From assembly GCA_030603365.1 (NCBI GenBank), contig JAUVXV010000003.1:96001-160000 (forward strand): a stretch of 64,000 nt of DNA. The letters run 5' to 3'. Below the pieces are notes generated by a model. It did no database searches. It saw only the letters and a program-made list of their open reading frames with translations, and was not told the origin of the DNA. The translations under genes and the position numbers were made by a program. Shown here piece by piece: positions 47,520-57,535 of this stretch. This stretch comes from Candidatus Heimdallarchaeota archaeon (GTDB lineage Archaea; Asgardarchaeota; Heimdallarchaeia; Heimdallarchaeales; Heimdallarchaeaceae). Positions within the stretch are counted from its first letter, which is position 1. Every line of letters starts with the position of its first letter.

Positions 47520-48293
47520 ATGAAATACCATAATTATGATAGATTAGCAGAAGTTTATGATGAAACAAGATTGATTCCTCTAGAACTCTCTTCTTTCTTT
47601 AAACATGAAATACAAAATTATCTAAAGAACAACTTTTTTCCACCTCCTAATAGAATTTTATCTATTGGTTTAGGAACTGGAAGAGTAGAATCACTTCTTT
47701 CTTCAAGAAACTATCAGTTATTTGGTATAGATATCGCTTCTAAAATGCTTAAAATGTTAAATAACAAAGAAATAAATCCGCCTTGTTATACAGCTCAAGC
47801 AGATGGTTTTTCTTTACCATTTTCAAAACCTTTTCACATAATTCTTCTCATACAAGTTATTCATTTAATTGATCACATTGAGAAGTTCTTTGAGGAAGTA
47901 CGTAATTTCGGTCAAGTTTTAGTTGTAGGTAATGCTTATACCGAAACTCATGAACATCCTTACTATGTAAAATTCCTTGAACTTCTAAAGAAAAATGGCT
48001 GGTCTGAAATTAAAGAAGATGTTCCTAAATCTGTGAAATTCCGAGAATTCATGAGTGATCATGATTTTAGTGTAATTGAGAAAAAAATGTCAATTGAAAG
48101 TTCTCTCCAGAATTTGCAAATATATGAAGGTATTAAAAATCGCTATTTTTCGAGCTTTTGGCAAGTAGAAAATAATATTTTCAATCAAACTATGTTGGAT
48201 TTTGACCAATTTATTTCAGATGATAACTGTAAGAAGAGTGATGTTTACCAGACTCGATCCAATGTGAATTTGACTTTTTATGAATTAAACTAG
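47520..48293 (+). CDS. class I SAM-dependent methyltransferase
   Basis: YD..AEVYD..R, LSIGLGTGR, GIDIASKML, ADG..LPF. Confidence 0.85.
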   Translation: MKYHNYDRLAEVYDETRLIPLELSSFFKHEIQNYLKNNFFPPPNRILSIGLGTGRVESLLSSRNYQLFGIDIASKMLKMLNNKEINPPCYTAQADGFSLPFSKPFHIILLIQVIHLIDHIEKFFEEVRNFGQVLVVGNAYTETHEHPYYVKFLELLKKNGWSEIKEDVPKSVKFREFMSDHDFSVIEKKMSIESSLQNLQIYEGIKNRYFSSFWQVENNIFNQTMLDFDQFISDDNCKKSDVYQTRSNVNLTFYELN

Positions 48294-48517
48294 CTCTCTA
48301 TTTCTTTCTTTTTCTTTTTCTTTTTTCTCAATTCTGCAAAAGTGACTAATCTGAATATTTTGACGAGTAAAACTATTATCACCACTATTATTCCAATGGT
48401 TAAAGCCAGTGCAAGCGCTACGGGAACAATTATAATTCCTGAAAGAATACCACCTATGATTTTAAGAGCTTTTTTCATGCTCATAGATATCTTGAACTGG
48501 TTTTTATATTTTTCCAA
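48290..48517 (-). CDS. small membrane protein with poly-Lys tail
   Basis: Long hydrophobic stretch then RKKKKKKK; start uncertain. Confidence 0.55.
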   Translation of the reverse strand: MEKYKNQFKISMSMKKALKIIGGILSGIIIVPVALALALTIGIIVVIIVLLVKIFRLVTFAELRKKKKKKKEIES

Positions 48518-48545
48518 GGGAAGTTAAACCAAAGTGAAAATATTT

Positions 48546-48917
48546 CTATTCCAGGATTTCGAGATCTACAGATTCTATTGTTAAATGTCTGATGTTAAGA
48601 TGGGTATCTCTTGAACCACATTTTGAACATTTGAAATTGTATGCAAACTCTTTATCACCTTCCTCAGAAGGTTCTCCTTTAAACTCGCACTCCAAACAGA
48701 TGATTTCTGCAGGTAATTTTAGTAATTCTAGATGAGCATTTTGAAATAATTCTATTTCAGTTATAATAATTTTGAATGCGTCCTGTAATAATTCGGGAAT
48801 TATCATTTCATAAGGATCTGCAGATACAGTCACTTTGTTAACTTTTAACGCTTTATGCTCAATCGCAATCTGCTTAACTTGATTGACAATTGCAGATGCT
48901 AGGCTGTATTCATGCAT
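48546..48917 (-). CDS. hypA: hydrogenase nickel metallochaperone HypA
   Basis: MHEYSLA N-terminus; CLEC...CSKCGS. Confidence 0.92.
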   Translation of the reverse strand: MHEYSLASAIVNQVKQIAIEHKALKVNKVTVSADPYEMIIPELLQDAFKIIITEIELFQNAHLELLKLPAEIICLECEFKGEPSEEGDKEFAYNFKCSKCGSRDTHLNIRHLTIESVDLEILE

Positions 48918-48927
48918 TTCATTCAAC

Positions 48928-49581
48928 CTATTGTATTTTGATTCCTAAAGAAGCAATAAGCTCATCAATACCAGTTATTTGTTTTGCACTTGTACACAAA
49001 ACATCCATGTTAGATTTGATTTTCTTTGCGTCTTCAACCAAAACTTGAGAATCAAAGCCTAAACCATCTAGGTCACATTTGTTAATGACAGCTATCTGAG
49101 CTCCCTTGAAAATAATGGGGTGTTTCTTAATAACATACTCCCCTTCAGTAATACTGACAACAACAATATTTTTCTGAGCACCAACATCCCATGCAGCAGG
49201 ACAGATTAAGTTCCCAACATTTTCAGTAAAGAAAATATCATAATCATCAACATTTATTTTATCTAACTCATTTTTGATGAGTTTTGCATTGAGATGACAT
49301 CCTCCTCCAGTGTTTATTTGAACAGTATCTACCCCCTTTTTTGCAATTCTATCTGCATCAATTGTTGTAGCAATATCACCGTTTATGACAAATATTCTAA
49401 AATAAGGTGAAAGTTTTTCTGCAATTCTTTCTAATAAAAATGTTTTACCAGCACCAATAGAACCCATAATATTGAAGAAGAGCTTGTTTTTGCTTTTCAT
49501 CATCTCTCTAATTTCATCTGCAAGTATGTCATTCTGTAGATATGCGGGTTTCTTTACAGAAATTTTCTTCTCTTGTGTCAT
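48928..49581 (-). CDS. hypB: hydrogenase nickel incorporation GTPase HypB
   Basis: GSIGAGKT, INTGGGCHL, ENVGNLICP, TEG, NKCD. Confidence 0.95.
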   Translation of the reverse strand: MTQEKKISVKKPAYLQNDILADEIREMMKSKNKLFFNIMGSIGAGKTFLLERIAEKLSPYFRIFVINGDIATTIDADRIAKKGVDTVQINTGGGCHLNAKLIKNELDKINVDDYDIFFTENVGNLICPAAWDVGAQKNIVVVSITEGEYVIKKHPIIFKGAQIAVINKCDLDGLGFDSQVLVEDAKKIKSNMDVLCTSAKQITGIDELIASLGIKIQ

Positions 49582-49712
49582 TTCCCTAATTTCACGGGTT
49601 CAAACTAATGTTATAAGTTATTCGATTTAACTATAGAATGATACTAGTACAGCAATAAGATTTATTACCTTAAAATTTGTAATATCTATAATAACCGTTT
49701 AGAGGTAATTAT

Positions 49713-51491
49713 ATGATGAAAAGATTAAGAAAGATGAAAAGAGCCGTTTCACCAGTTATTGCAACCGTTCTTTTAATAAGTTTAGTAGTTGCTGCAAGCG
49801 CAATGGTCTATTTTATTGTTGTACCATTATTGAAGGGGAGCGCGAGCGTGAATTTTGTAACTACACAATGGTTTGACAGTGATGGTGACGATGTTTCTGA
49901 TCTAGTGTATATAACTTTACAGAATACGGGATCAGCAAGTTCAAAAATTTCGAATATTACATTAACAATAGATAATGATGCTTTACCAGAAAGAACAGTA
50001 ATTGATAATGCAGAGCTGATAGTTGAAAAACTTCCCTTAACGCTTGATGTCACAGCAAGGATGGATATAGCTATTTCTTTTGATCCATCTGAATATATCG
50101 CAGTAGGCGATAATACTTTCAAGATTTTGCTTACATACAGTGATGGTCTTAGTTCAATTGCACCTGAAAACTTGAATCATATTAGTGTTATTTACCCATT
50201 AGAAATGACAGTTTTGAATCCTGTAAACGGTAGTTGGGTAAATGGTATTATTGATCCTCAAGTATTGGTGTCAGGAGGATATTTACCATCAGCAGTTACT
50301 TATGATTTCTTTCTACCTGGTCAAATTATTGCTTTAAACGACCAACCAGTTGCTAGTAATATTAATTCTGAAAGTTATGCTGATGATATTGGATATGAAA
50401 TGATTTTTTCAATTGATGACTCATTAAACCAGTCAGCTGTTTCAACAAACATCTTCAATATTGATAACAAAGCTATAGGTGTCACTTTAAGTGTGAGTTC
50501 AACAAGTATCAATCAAGGAGAATCCTTAAACGCAACATGGGTATGGGATGAACTTGGAGGAGCTCCTGTAATAAATCAGACACTTGTTTTATCGGGTGAT
50601 AGTTATGGTTCAGATTCAGTTTTTACTGCTTTAGATGATACTATAACAGCCTTTGTTCTTCTAGGAACCCAAACAGCTACAATAGCAGAGGACGACTTTA
50701 CACTTACTCTTTATGTAAAAGATGCAGTAGGTAATTTGAATAGTTCTGGTAAATCATTCTCATTAGTTGATATTCTTGCCCCAACATCTGAAATTCTCTC
50801 TCCTGTGAATGAAACCTATGGTATAGAGGGTATAATGAACATTGAAGTTTATGCTGCTGATCCAACAGGAATTGATACAACAAATTTCGATATTTACTTC
50901 TTCAGTCTAACAACATCTTTCTACTATTTGTACCAGAATGTTGTAGAAGGACTAGCGAACTATAATACCATAGATAGAACTTGGGAATTAGATTTCAATA
51001 GTTATCTACTCCCAGATGATGATTATGCAATGGTAACTTTTGTATATGATGATTCTGATGCAAAAAATGTAAAAACTGTTACTCATATACTCTCAGTAGC
51101 TAATCCAAAGCTTACATTATCTGGAGCAGTTGGTGTAAGAGGATTCTTCTCTCGAAGTACATTCAGTTTTTTCCTTACAAATAACTTACCAGACGATATC
51201 ACAATAACCCAAATCTATATTGATTGGGAACCAGATAACAGAGCAGATTATATCTATGAAATGAGAGATAACACAGATGGTACAATATGGTTATCTTCAG
51301 CAGGACAACCTTATGCTCAAGAAAGTGTATTGCCCGTAAATGGTGGTACAGGAGCAGTTTTAAGCGGAGGTTCAATCCATAAACTGACAATTCTATTTGA
51401 CTACTTTGATCGAACAGATAAAGCTGATTTCGAAATAAGGTTCTTTATTCAAGAATTAGGTGTATGGCAAATTTTCTTTGTAGATCAATAA
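49713..51491 (+). CDS. large type IV pilin/archaellin-like surface protein (class III signal peptide) with Ig-like domains
   Basis: KRA|VSPVIATVLLI; NTG; D..GN / D..AP Ig-like motifs; sequons. Confidence 0.85.
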   Translation: MMKRLRKMKRAVSPVIATVLLISLVVAASAMVYFIVVPLLKGSASVNFVTTQWFDSDGDDVSDLVYITLQNTGSASSKISNITLTIDNDALPERTVIDNAELIVEKLPLTLDVTARMDIAISFDPSEYIAVGDNTFKILLTYSDGLSSIAPENLNHISVIYPLEMTVLNPVNGSWVNGIIDPQVLVSGGYLPSAVTYDFFLPGQIIALNDQPVASNINSESYADDIGYEMIFSIDDSLNQSAVSTNIFNIDNKAIGVTLSVSSTSINQGESLNATWVWDELGGAPVINQTLVLSGDSYGSDSVFTALDDTITAFVLLGTQTATIAEDDFTLTLYVKDAVGNLNSSGKSFSLVDILAPTSEILSPVNETYGIEGIMNIEVYAADPTGIDTTNFDIYFFSLTTSFYYLYQNVVEGLANYNTIDRTWELDFNSYLLPDDDYAMVTFVYDDSDAKNVKTVTHILSVANPKLTLSGAVGVRGFFSRSTFSFFLTNNLPDDITITQIYIDWEPDNRADYIYEMRDNTDGTIWLSSAGQPYAQESVLPVNGGTGAVLSGGSIHKLTILFDYFDRTDKADFEIRFFIQELGVWQIFFVDQ

Positions 51492-51520
51492 ACTCTTTTT
51501 TCTTTCCTTTTTCTTTTTCC
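51492..51520 (+). terminator. oligo-T terminator tract
   Basis: CTTTTTTCTTTCCTTTTTCTTTTT after the stop codon. Confidence 0.5.
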
Positions 51521-51568
51521 ATTAATACTTTCGAAAAGCTAATAATATTACAGTTACATCTCTAACCT

Positions 51569-52468
51569 ATGAAAGTTACCTACGATAGATATCCAGAGCT
51601 ACCTAGATTTCTAAAAACTTTCGTAGAATTCACTGCTACGTCTTTAGCTACAAGATCTTTCATACTTTATGGCGATGTCGTTCTGGACGATTTTTCCAAA
51701 AGATACAGTAAAATCAATGTTATAATAATCCTAGAAAAAGGTCTATGGGAAAAGGATTTTAACGAGCTTGATTCGATTATAGATAAGCTTGCAGCTATGA
51801 ATGAAGATTTTTCTAAGTTACTTCGAGCTTATTTTGTTCCTTACACAATGCTGGAGAATCCGAGGATTATTCATCAAGATTTAGAGGGTATGATAGTAAG
51901 AGATCTTAAACAAGAGATAATTAATCAGTATCCTCTTTCTCAAACTGATGATTTCATGATTATGAAGAAAGGAGAAGTTTTGTATGGGGAAGATCTACGA
52001 AGTCATTTTCCAATTCCTCCATTAGAGTGTTTCTGGCAACAATTTCTAGCAGAAGTACCCAACATTGAAGAAATAGCCAAAATCTATCCCTTCCAACATA
52101 GTCAATCTCCCAATTATGATCACGCTACTAACTGGATACTTTACTTCTCAAGGGTTTTATATTCAATACAGAATAATGATGTAATTGGTAGAATGAAAGG
52201 TGCATATTGGTTTTCAAACGAATATCTCAATAAGTTAGGTGATTTTGTTGTAGAAGTAGCAAGTTGTAGACAACGAAATATTTCACTCTCAAGTGTTATG
52301 GGAGTGGTTGAGAACAGTAGAGAATTGATGTTATTCTGTATAGAAAAAGCATTTAAAATAAAAGGAATTCATACACCGGATCTAAAATCTCTCTATAAAG
52401 AAGACCAGGGACATGCTAATTTTAGTAGATTCTTTATGGAGATAAGAAATATAATAGAGAATATCTAA
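51569..52468 (+). CDS. degenerate Pol-beta-type nucleotidyltransferase (AadA-like) with helical C-terminal domain
   Basis: ILYGDVVLDDF....SKINVII where GS...SDID is expected; GEVLYG; R.LY...N.....K..GA.W. Confidence 0.65.
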   Translation: MKVTYDRYPELPRFLKTFVEFTATSLATRSFILYGDVVLDDFSKRYSKINVIIILEKGLWEKDFNELDSIIDKLAAMNEDFSKLLRAYFVPYTMLENPRIIHQDLEGMIVRDLKQEIINQYPLSQTDDFMIMKKGEVLYGEDLRSHFPIPPLECFWQQFLAEVPNIEEIAKIYPFQHSQSPNYDHATNWILYFSRVLYSIQNNDVIGRMKGAYWFSNEYLNKLGDFVVEVASCRQRNISLSSVMGVVENSRELMLFCIEKAFKIKGIHTPDLKSLYKEDQGHANFSRFFMEIRNIIENI

Positions 52469-52475
52469 GTATTCA

Positions 52476-53846
52476 ATGATGAGTCAGCGAGAAGATGTGC
52501 TCAATTCATTTATTGATATGCTACAGGTAATTTTTCCTGAAATTATATCAGTTTATGAATTTCAAAAAGAAATAGCACTCTTCGATAAAATTCTAGAGAA
52601 CTGTAAAGGATTAGTTATAATAATCTCTGAAGCTGATTACAGCTTAGAAAACCTAATACTTGTTGATCTTATTTATGATAAAATACAGGATGAACATGGC
52701 TGGGAAGAAGGAGTAAGATTAGCAAATTCTTTCTCAAGAAGCTATATTCGTACTGTCAATAATCTCTGGCACATCAATATAATGAATAATCACTGTCTTT
52801 TGCCCGAAGATCAAATTAATTTAAAGAATACAAGAAAACTTCTACATGGTACAAATATTATCCCTACTATCCCTTTTCCTCATAATGAAGAAGAAATACT
52901 AAAGATTAATGCTAACTTTACTAGAGAAGAAGCTCTAGAGTTATTCAATCAATCAGATCAGTATGTACCTCTCATTAATCCTGATTGTTGTTGGATGAGA
53001 TATGATTTCACAATCAATCATTCTCTAGTGCAGATTCTGGATGATCAATTCCTAAAAATGAAAGATAGGATCCAACCTGAAAAGAATGCTCATATTTATG
53101 GTCGTTATGGGGGGTCTGGTAAGACACAAATCATCTATTCTCTAATAAAAAAATGTAAAGAATTATCTCTTCCATTGATTTATAGAACTGAATTTTGGAA
53201 AGGAGAAGATGGAAAATATAAGGAGATAGAATTCAATCCAGAAAATTCCGCAGAAAGAGTTACTGAATGGGTAATTGAAAAATCTCCAGGAAGTAGATTT
53301 ATTTTATTTTTAGATGAAATAGAAGTAAATATTCGTCAGTTAAAAGAAAAATTAAGCGTAAAGTATCCTGGGGATGAAATAAACTTACTTATTATTTCTG
53401 GAGGAAAGGAAATTTCTCCCTTTATTGATGACAGTTTCGATGTTTATGATATCTCTAAAGAGTTCCCATTCAATGAATCACAGTTAAAAGAATTAGTAGA
53501 AAAACTAATAGAAAAATCAAACATAGCTTCAGATATTTTTCCAGAAGAAATTATTGATATCATCGTTACCAAAACAAAATTGTGGAACCACTCTTCAATA
53601 CGAAGAACTCCAACTTCTGTAATATTATCTAGTTCTCTTGCATTAGCTGAATCAATTAAGATAGCTAATGAAAATAATGAAGAAATTCAAATTAAACCTG
53701 AGTTAGCAGAAAAATGGTCGCTACTTAGTACATCTCCTTGGTATCAGAAATATGATGAGTTACATGATGTACATGCAGAATATTTGGTTTTTAATGGAAA
53801 GAAGTATGTGGATGTTGATAAACACTATCACCATCCTTTACCTTAG
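52476..53846 (+). CDS. AAA+-type P-loop ATPase with N-terminal degenerate NTase-like domain
   Basis: GRYGGSGKT, ILFLDE; N-terminus parallels the preceding ORF. Confidence 0.7.
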   Translation: MMSQREDVLNSFIDMLQVIFPEIISVYEFQKEIALFDKILENCKGLVIIISEADYSLENLILVDLIYDKIQDEHGWEEGVRLANSFSRSYIRTVNNLWHINIMNNHCLLPEDQINLKNTRKLLHGTNIIPTIPFPHNEEEILKINANFTREEALELFNQSDQYVPLINPDCCWMRYDFTINHSLVQILDDQFLKMKDRIQPEKNAHIYGRYGGSGKTQIIYSLIKKCKELSLPLIYRTEFWKGEDGKYKEIEFNPENSAERVTEWVIEKSPGSRFILFLDEIEVNIRQLKEKLSVKYPGDEINLLIISGGKEISPFIDDSFDVYDISKEFPFNESQLKELVEKLIEKSNIASDIFPEEIIDIIVTKTKLWNHSSIRRTPTSVILSSSLALAESIKIANENNEEIQIKPELAEKWSLLSTSPWYQKYDELHDVHAEYLVFNGKKYVDVDKHYHHPLP

Positions 53847-53856
53847 ATTCCTCTTT

Positions 53857-54915
53857 CTATTCATCATAGTATTTGGAATAGATTGCATTACTTTGAGCAA
53901 ACTTAAGAAAGTGACTTAAATTGTCTCTTAATTCATTAACATTCCTTTCATGATACAAAGTAAGATAAAGAGTTCCAACAAGAAACGATGTACCAGAAAG
54001 AAGAATTAACACTAATAACATTATTCCAAGTGCAATAAGGAAAAGCAAAATAGATTCTTTAATTGTAATCGGATTAGTACCAAAAATAGATTCAAATAAA
54101 TCAGTAAAGAAGATTATCCCTGTAACGAAAGCTGATAGGCTGAAAAACCTGCTCAGAATACTCCTTCTCATTCTTTCTGATAACTGATAAACTTCATTAT
54201 TTTTGTTGATATACTTGATTCTAGTATCTTCTATTGCCCAAACCATAGGTGTTATCCAAGAAGTAAATATTGGAGAACAAAGGACTACAAACGCACCAAT
54301 CATAAAACCTAGAAAGTAGGAACTTGGTTGGCTGATTTGAATTATCATTGCAATAAGAATACTAATACTGAAACTGGAAGTTAGAAGATCATACATCCTA
54401 GTTTTCAGAAAAACGCGAATACTAGAAACATCGCTATTAATTGCTTCTTCTTCAAGGAAATATTGCGTATCAGGACTAATATCGATGTTCAATAGTGTAG
54501 TAAAAAGAACTCTAAAGAATTTGAATTTCTTGTATTTAGTCTCCTTTCTTAGTTCCCCAAGCATTTCCTTAATTTCAGATGCCTGATCATGTTTAATCTT
54601 TAAAGTCTGAAAAACAAGTTTCTTCGCTACCCATCGTCCTATCCAATTCCAAAGAAATACTGATAAGACAGGGGATACAATTGAGATAATAACTAGTGAA
54701 ATGACTAAGGTTCTGATATCTTTTGGAGTAGGTTTAACGTCCCAATTTGTATATCTGATTGCAACATACCAAATTGCATAAAAAGCAATAAAAATAGCAA
54801 TATTTAATACCCATTTTTTCTTTGAAGGCTTTGTAATCCTATATTTCGCACCTGTTGCACTAATTTCCTTGGTAGGTAGAATGAAACTCTTTTGCTTAGA
54901 TATATACTCACTCAA
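53857..54915 (-). CDS. hypothetical membrane protein (about 6 TM helices)
   Basis: Three pairs of hydrophobic segments. Confidence 0.75.
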   Translation of the reverse strand: MSEYISKQKSFILPTKEISATGAKYRITKPSKKKWVLNIAIFIAFYAIWYVAIRYTNWDVKPTPKDIRTLVISLVIISIVSPVLSVFLWNWIGRWVAKKLVFQTLKIKHDQASEIKEMLGELRKETKYKKFKFFRVLFTTLLNIDISPDTQYFLEEEAINSDVSSIRVFLKTRMYDLLTSSFSISILIAMIIQISQPSSYFLGFMIGAFVVLCSPIFTSWITPMVWAIEDTRIKYINKNNEVYQLSERMRRSILSRFFSLSAFVTGIIFFTDLFESIFGTNPITIKESILLFLIALGIMLLVLILLSGTSFLVGTLYLTLYHERNVNELRDNLSHFLKFAQSNAIYSKYYDE

Positions 54916-55033
54916 TTAAGTAAATAATTATTCTAAAATATTAAACTTGTGAGACTTGCAACGCTTTATTATATTATCTGTAAAAAAATACATTTTCTGA
55001 ATGTTTAAATATTTGCTTGGCTAAACTTACTGG

Positions 55034-57535
55034 ATGGAAGTAGAAAAAGGAAAAAAAATTCACAGTGTGTTATCAACTATTTTCTATTACACATTTGTAT
55101 TGATTATAATCGCAGTTTTTGTTTTGTCTTTAGTAATTGAAGAGATCACACTTCTTAACAATATACTATTTATCTTTCTAATTGTAAGTTCAATAGTCAT
55201 TGTCTTTTATCTAACAGTTCAAATGCTGAGATATAACCTGACTGTGAACAAAAAAATACAAGCAGGTATATTCTTTGTAGTAATTGGTTTCCTTCTGATT
55301 CTTCTTTCAACCAGCAAACAGCTCTCATTTATTGAAAGCTTAGATCTTGACTTTCTTGGATATGATTTCTTTGTGTATTGGGGGATTGGATCTGTTGTAT
55401 TCGGGATATTTGTTGAACTTACATTTCTAGATCAGTTTATCTGGAAACTATTTGTGCAACCTATTAAATATCTCTGGAAATTAACTGCAAAATTTGCTAA
55501 ATGGGTTAGAAAAAATTGGTTAAACATTATTCTCTATACACTAGATTTAGCTTCTCTTGCAGGTATAATCTATGTGGCAATTTTCTGGAGCACAGATTGG
55601 TGGAAGATAACTGTTCTTTCAGTGAGTTGTGTTTACCCTTTAGTCCATCACCACAAAAGAATCTGGAAAGCGATAAAATTCATAGTTATTGATATAATTT
55701 ATGAATTTTTCAAAAAGGTAGGAGAATTCATTAAACAAGTTTGCACATCAATTTGGAATGCGATAGTTAGTTTTGTCAATTTAGTCTTGAAACACTGGTT
55801 GTCAATTCTCAAAGAGATTTTGAGGTTGATGGGTGCTGCAGGAGGGGGAGTGATGATTTATTTCGGTGCAACATTGGTGGAATATAGGTTTTTGATAGGA
55901 TTAGGAATAATAGCTATAGTTGTTAGTCTATTATTCACAAGAAAAACCATTCTAACAATGTTATGGGATCTACTTTCCTCAATTGCATCTTTCTTCTGGG
56001 ATAAGCTAATTTCTTTTATGAAAACTATTCTTGAAAAATGGTGGCCTATCTTTAAAGAATTCTTAAGGCTTGTTGGAGCTGCTGGAGGAGTTTATCTTAT
56101 CTATCATGGTTATGTTTTTGATCAGTTTTCCTATTTCATTGGAATTGGAGTTGCACTTATTCTAATTTCATTAATATTTACTAGAAAAGCTGTCTTAGTC
56201 TGGCTTGGAAATGGAATTTCGAAGTTTTGCACTTATATCTGGGAAGAAATACTCAAACCTTATTATGCTAGAATTATCAATGAAATTATAAGATTAATTT
56301 TTGTAGGAGGAGGGATTTATCTAATCTACTTAGGAGTAATCAAACAAATTTATTATTACTGTATTTACATAGGCATAGCAATTATCTTACTAGTAGAAAT
56401 TATAACAAGAAAAGCAGTGTTAAAGAAAATCTATTCTGTTATGAAAAACATTGCACTGGCATTCTGGGATTTATTAGTGTGGTTGACAAAACCATTCCGC
56501 TTCTTATGGGAAAAGCTTGTAGCAGTAACTAAATTCTTGATAAAAAACTGGTTCAAGGTAGTCCTATATTTATTAGACCTAGTTGCTATTGCAGCAATTA
56601 TCTATCTATCTATTACATGGAATTCTGAATGGTGGTATATTATCCTACTTTTCATTAGTTGTTGTTACATCCCTGCTCATCACTATAAACTAGTTTGGAA
56701 ATCTATCAAGTTTATAGGGATAAATATCTTCTATGATCCTTTCATTCGTTTTGTCAATTTAATTGCAGACTTCTTCAAAGCTTTATGGAATGGTCTAGTA
56801 GATATTGCTAAATTCTTAAAAGAACATTGGTGGACGATTTCCAAAGAAATTCTAAGGTTAATAGGAGCAACAGGAGGTATTACTCTTATAGTTTATAGTT
56901 TCATTCTAGAAGATTTCTCGTATTTAGCCTGGATAGGAATAACAGTTGTTCTTGTTAGTGAAATATTAAGTAGAAAAATTGTATTGAAAAAGATATATGA
57001 ATTCTTCAAGGCTATCTTTGTTTTCATCTTTGAAAATAGAGTGATTATTTCAAGGGTACTAGGATTCTTAGCAGCTCTTGCAGGTGTTATTATTCATTTT
57101 GTCCTTGACTATTTTATAACCTTCATTCTTCTTGTATCTATAGGAGGAACATTTGTACTTTTTGCACATTTCATATATCATCCAAAGAAACTGTGGGAAT
57201 TTTTGGTTAGTATTCCTAAAACATTGCATAAGATTTTAGTTACTATCTGGCTTACAATAAAGACTGGGTCAGTTTACATATATCAAAATGGTATTCGTTT
57301 AATATTGCTGATTGTAATGATATTCACTTTTATTTATGGTCTCTTTGTAGTTTTCAATTTTGATTTCATTGGTATTTTTGAGAATATAAGTGCTGCAATC
57401 AGAATCTCACTTGGTGCATTATTTGTAGTTGTAGCAGTTGTTGCTTTCATCCTTTTACGCAGAGAATTGAAGAAATTACGAACAGGTAGCTCAAAAGTGC
57501 TAGCTCAACAAATTCGAGAGAGGTGGAAGCAATGA
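55034..57535 (+). CDS. polytopic membrane protein built from ~80-aa TM-hairpin + amphipathic-helix repeats
   Basis: EI/FLRLxGAxGG...[TS]RK-type units x4; LYxLDL...WW...HH-type units x2. Confidence 0.8.
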   Translation: MEVEKGKKIHSVLSTIFYYTFVLIIIAVFVLSLVIEEITLLNNILFIFLIVSSIVIVFYLTVQMLRYNLTVNKKIQAGIFFVVIGFLLILLSTSKQLSFIESLDLDFLGYDFFVYWGIGSVVFGIFVELTFLDQFIWKLFVQPIKYLWKLTAKFAKWVRKNWLNIILYTLDLASLAGIIYVAIFWSTDWWKITVLSVSCVYPLVHHHKRIWKAIKFIVIDIIYEFFKKVGEFIKQVCTSIWNAIVSFVNLVLKHWLSILKEILRLMGAAGGGVMIYFGATLVEYRFLIGLGIIAIVVSLLFTRKTILTMLWDLLSSIASFFWDKLISFMKTILEKWWPIFKEFLRLVGAAGGVYLIYHGYVFDQFSYFIGIGVALILISLIFTRKAVLVWLGNGISKFCTYIWEEILKPYYARIINEIIRLIFVGGGIYLIYLGVIKQIYYYCIYIGIAIILLVEIITRKAVLKKIYSVMKNIALAFWDLLVWLTKPFRFLWEKLVAVTKFLIKNWFKVVLYLLDLVAIAAIIYLSITWNSEWWYIILLFISCCYIPAHHYKLVWKSIKFIGINIFYDPFIRFVNLIADFFKALWNGLVDIAKFLKEHWWTISKEILRLIGATGGITLIVYSFILEDFSYLAWIGITVVLVSEILSRKIVLKKIYEFFKAIFVFIFENRVIISRVLGFLAALAGVIIHFVLDYFITFILLVSIGGTFVLFAHFIYHPKKLWEFLVSIPKTLHKILVTIWLTIKTGSVYIYQNGIRLILLIVMIFTFIYGLFVVFNFDFIGIFENISAAIRISLGALFVVVAVVAFILLRRELKKLRTGSSKVLAQQIRERWKQ

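Noticed and set aside
48546-49581. Hydrogenase locus
   Set aside because: Only hypA and hypB are present; no structural or other hyp genes in the window.
51569-53846. CBASS or MNT-HEPN toxin-antitoxin system
   Set aside because: The catalytic acidic residues are lost, and no recognisable effector or HEPN RxxxxH partner is present.
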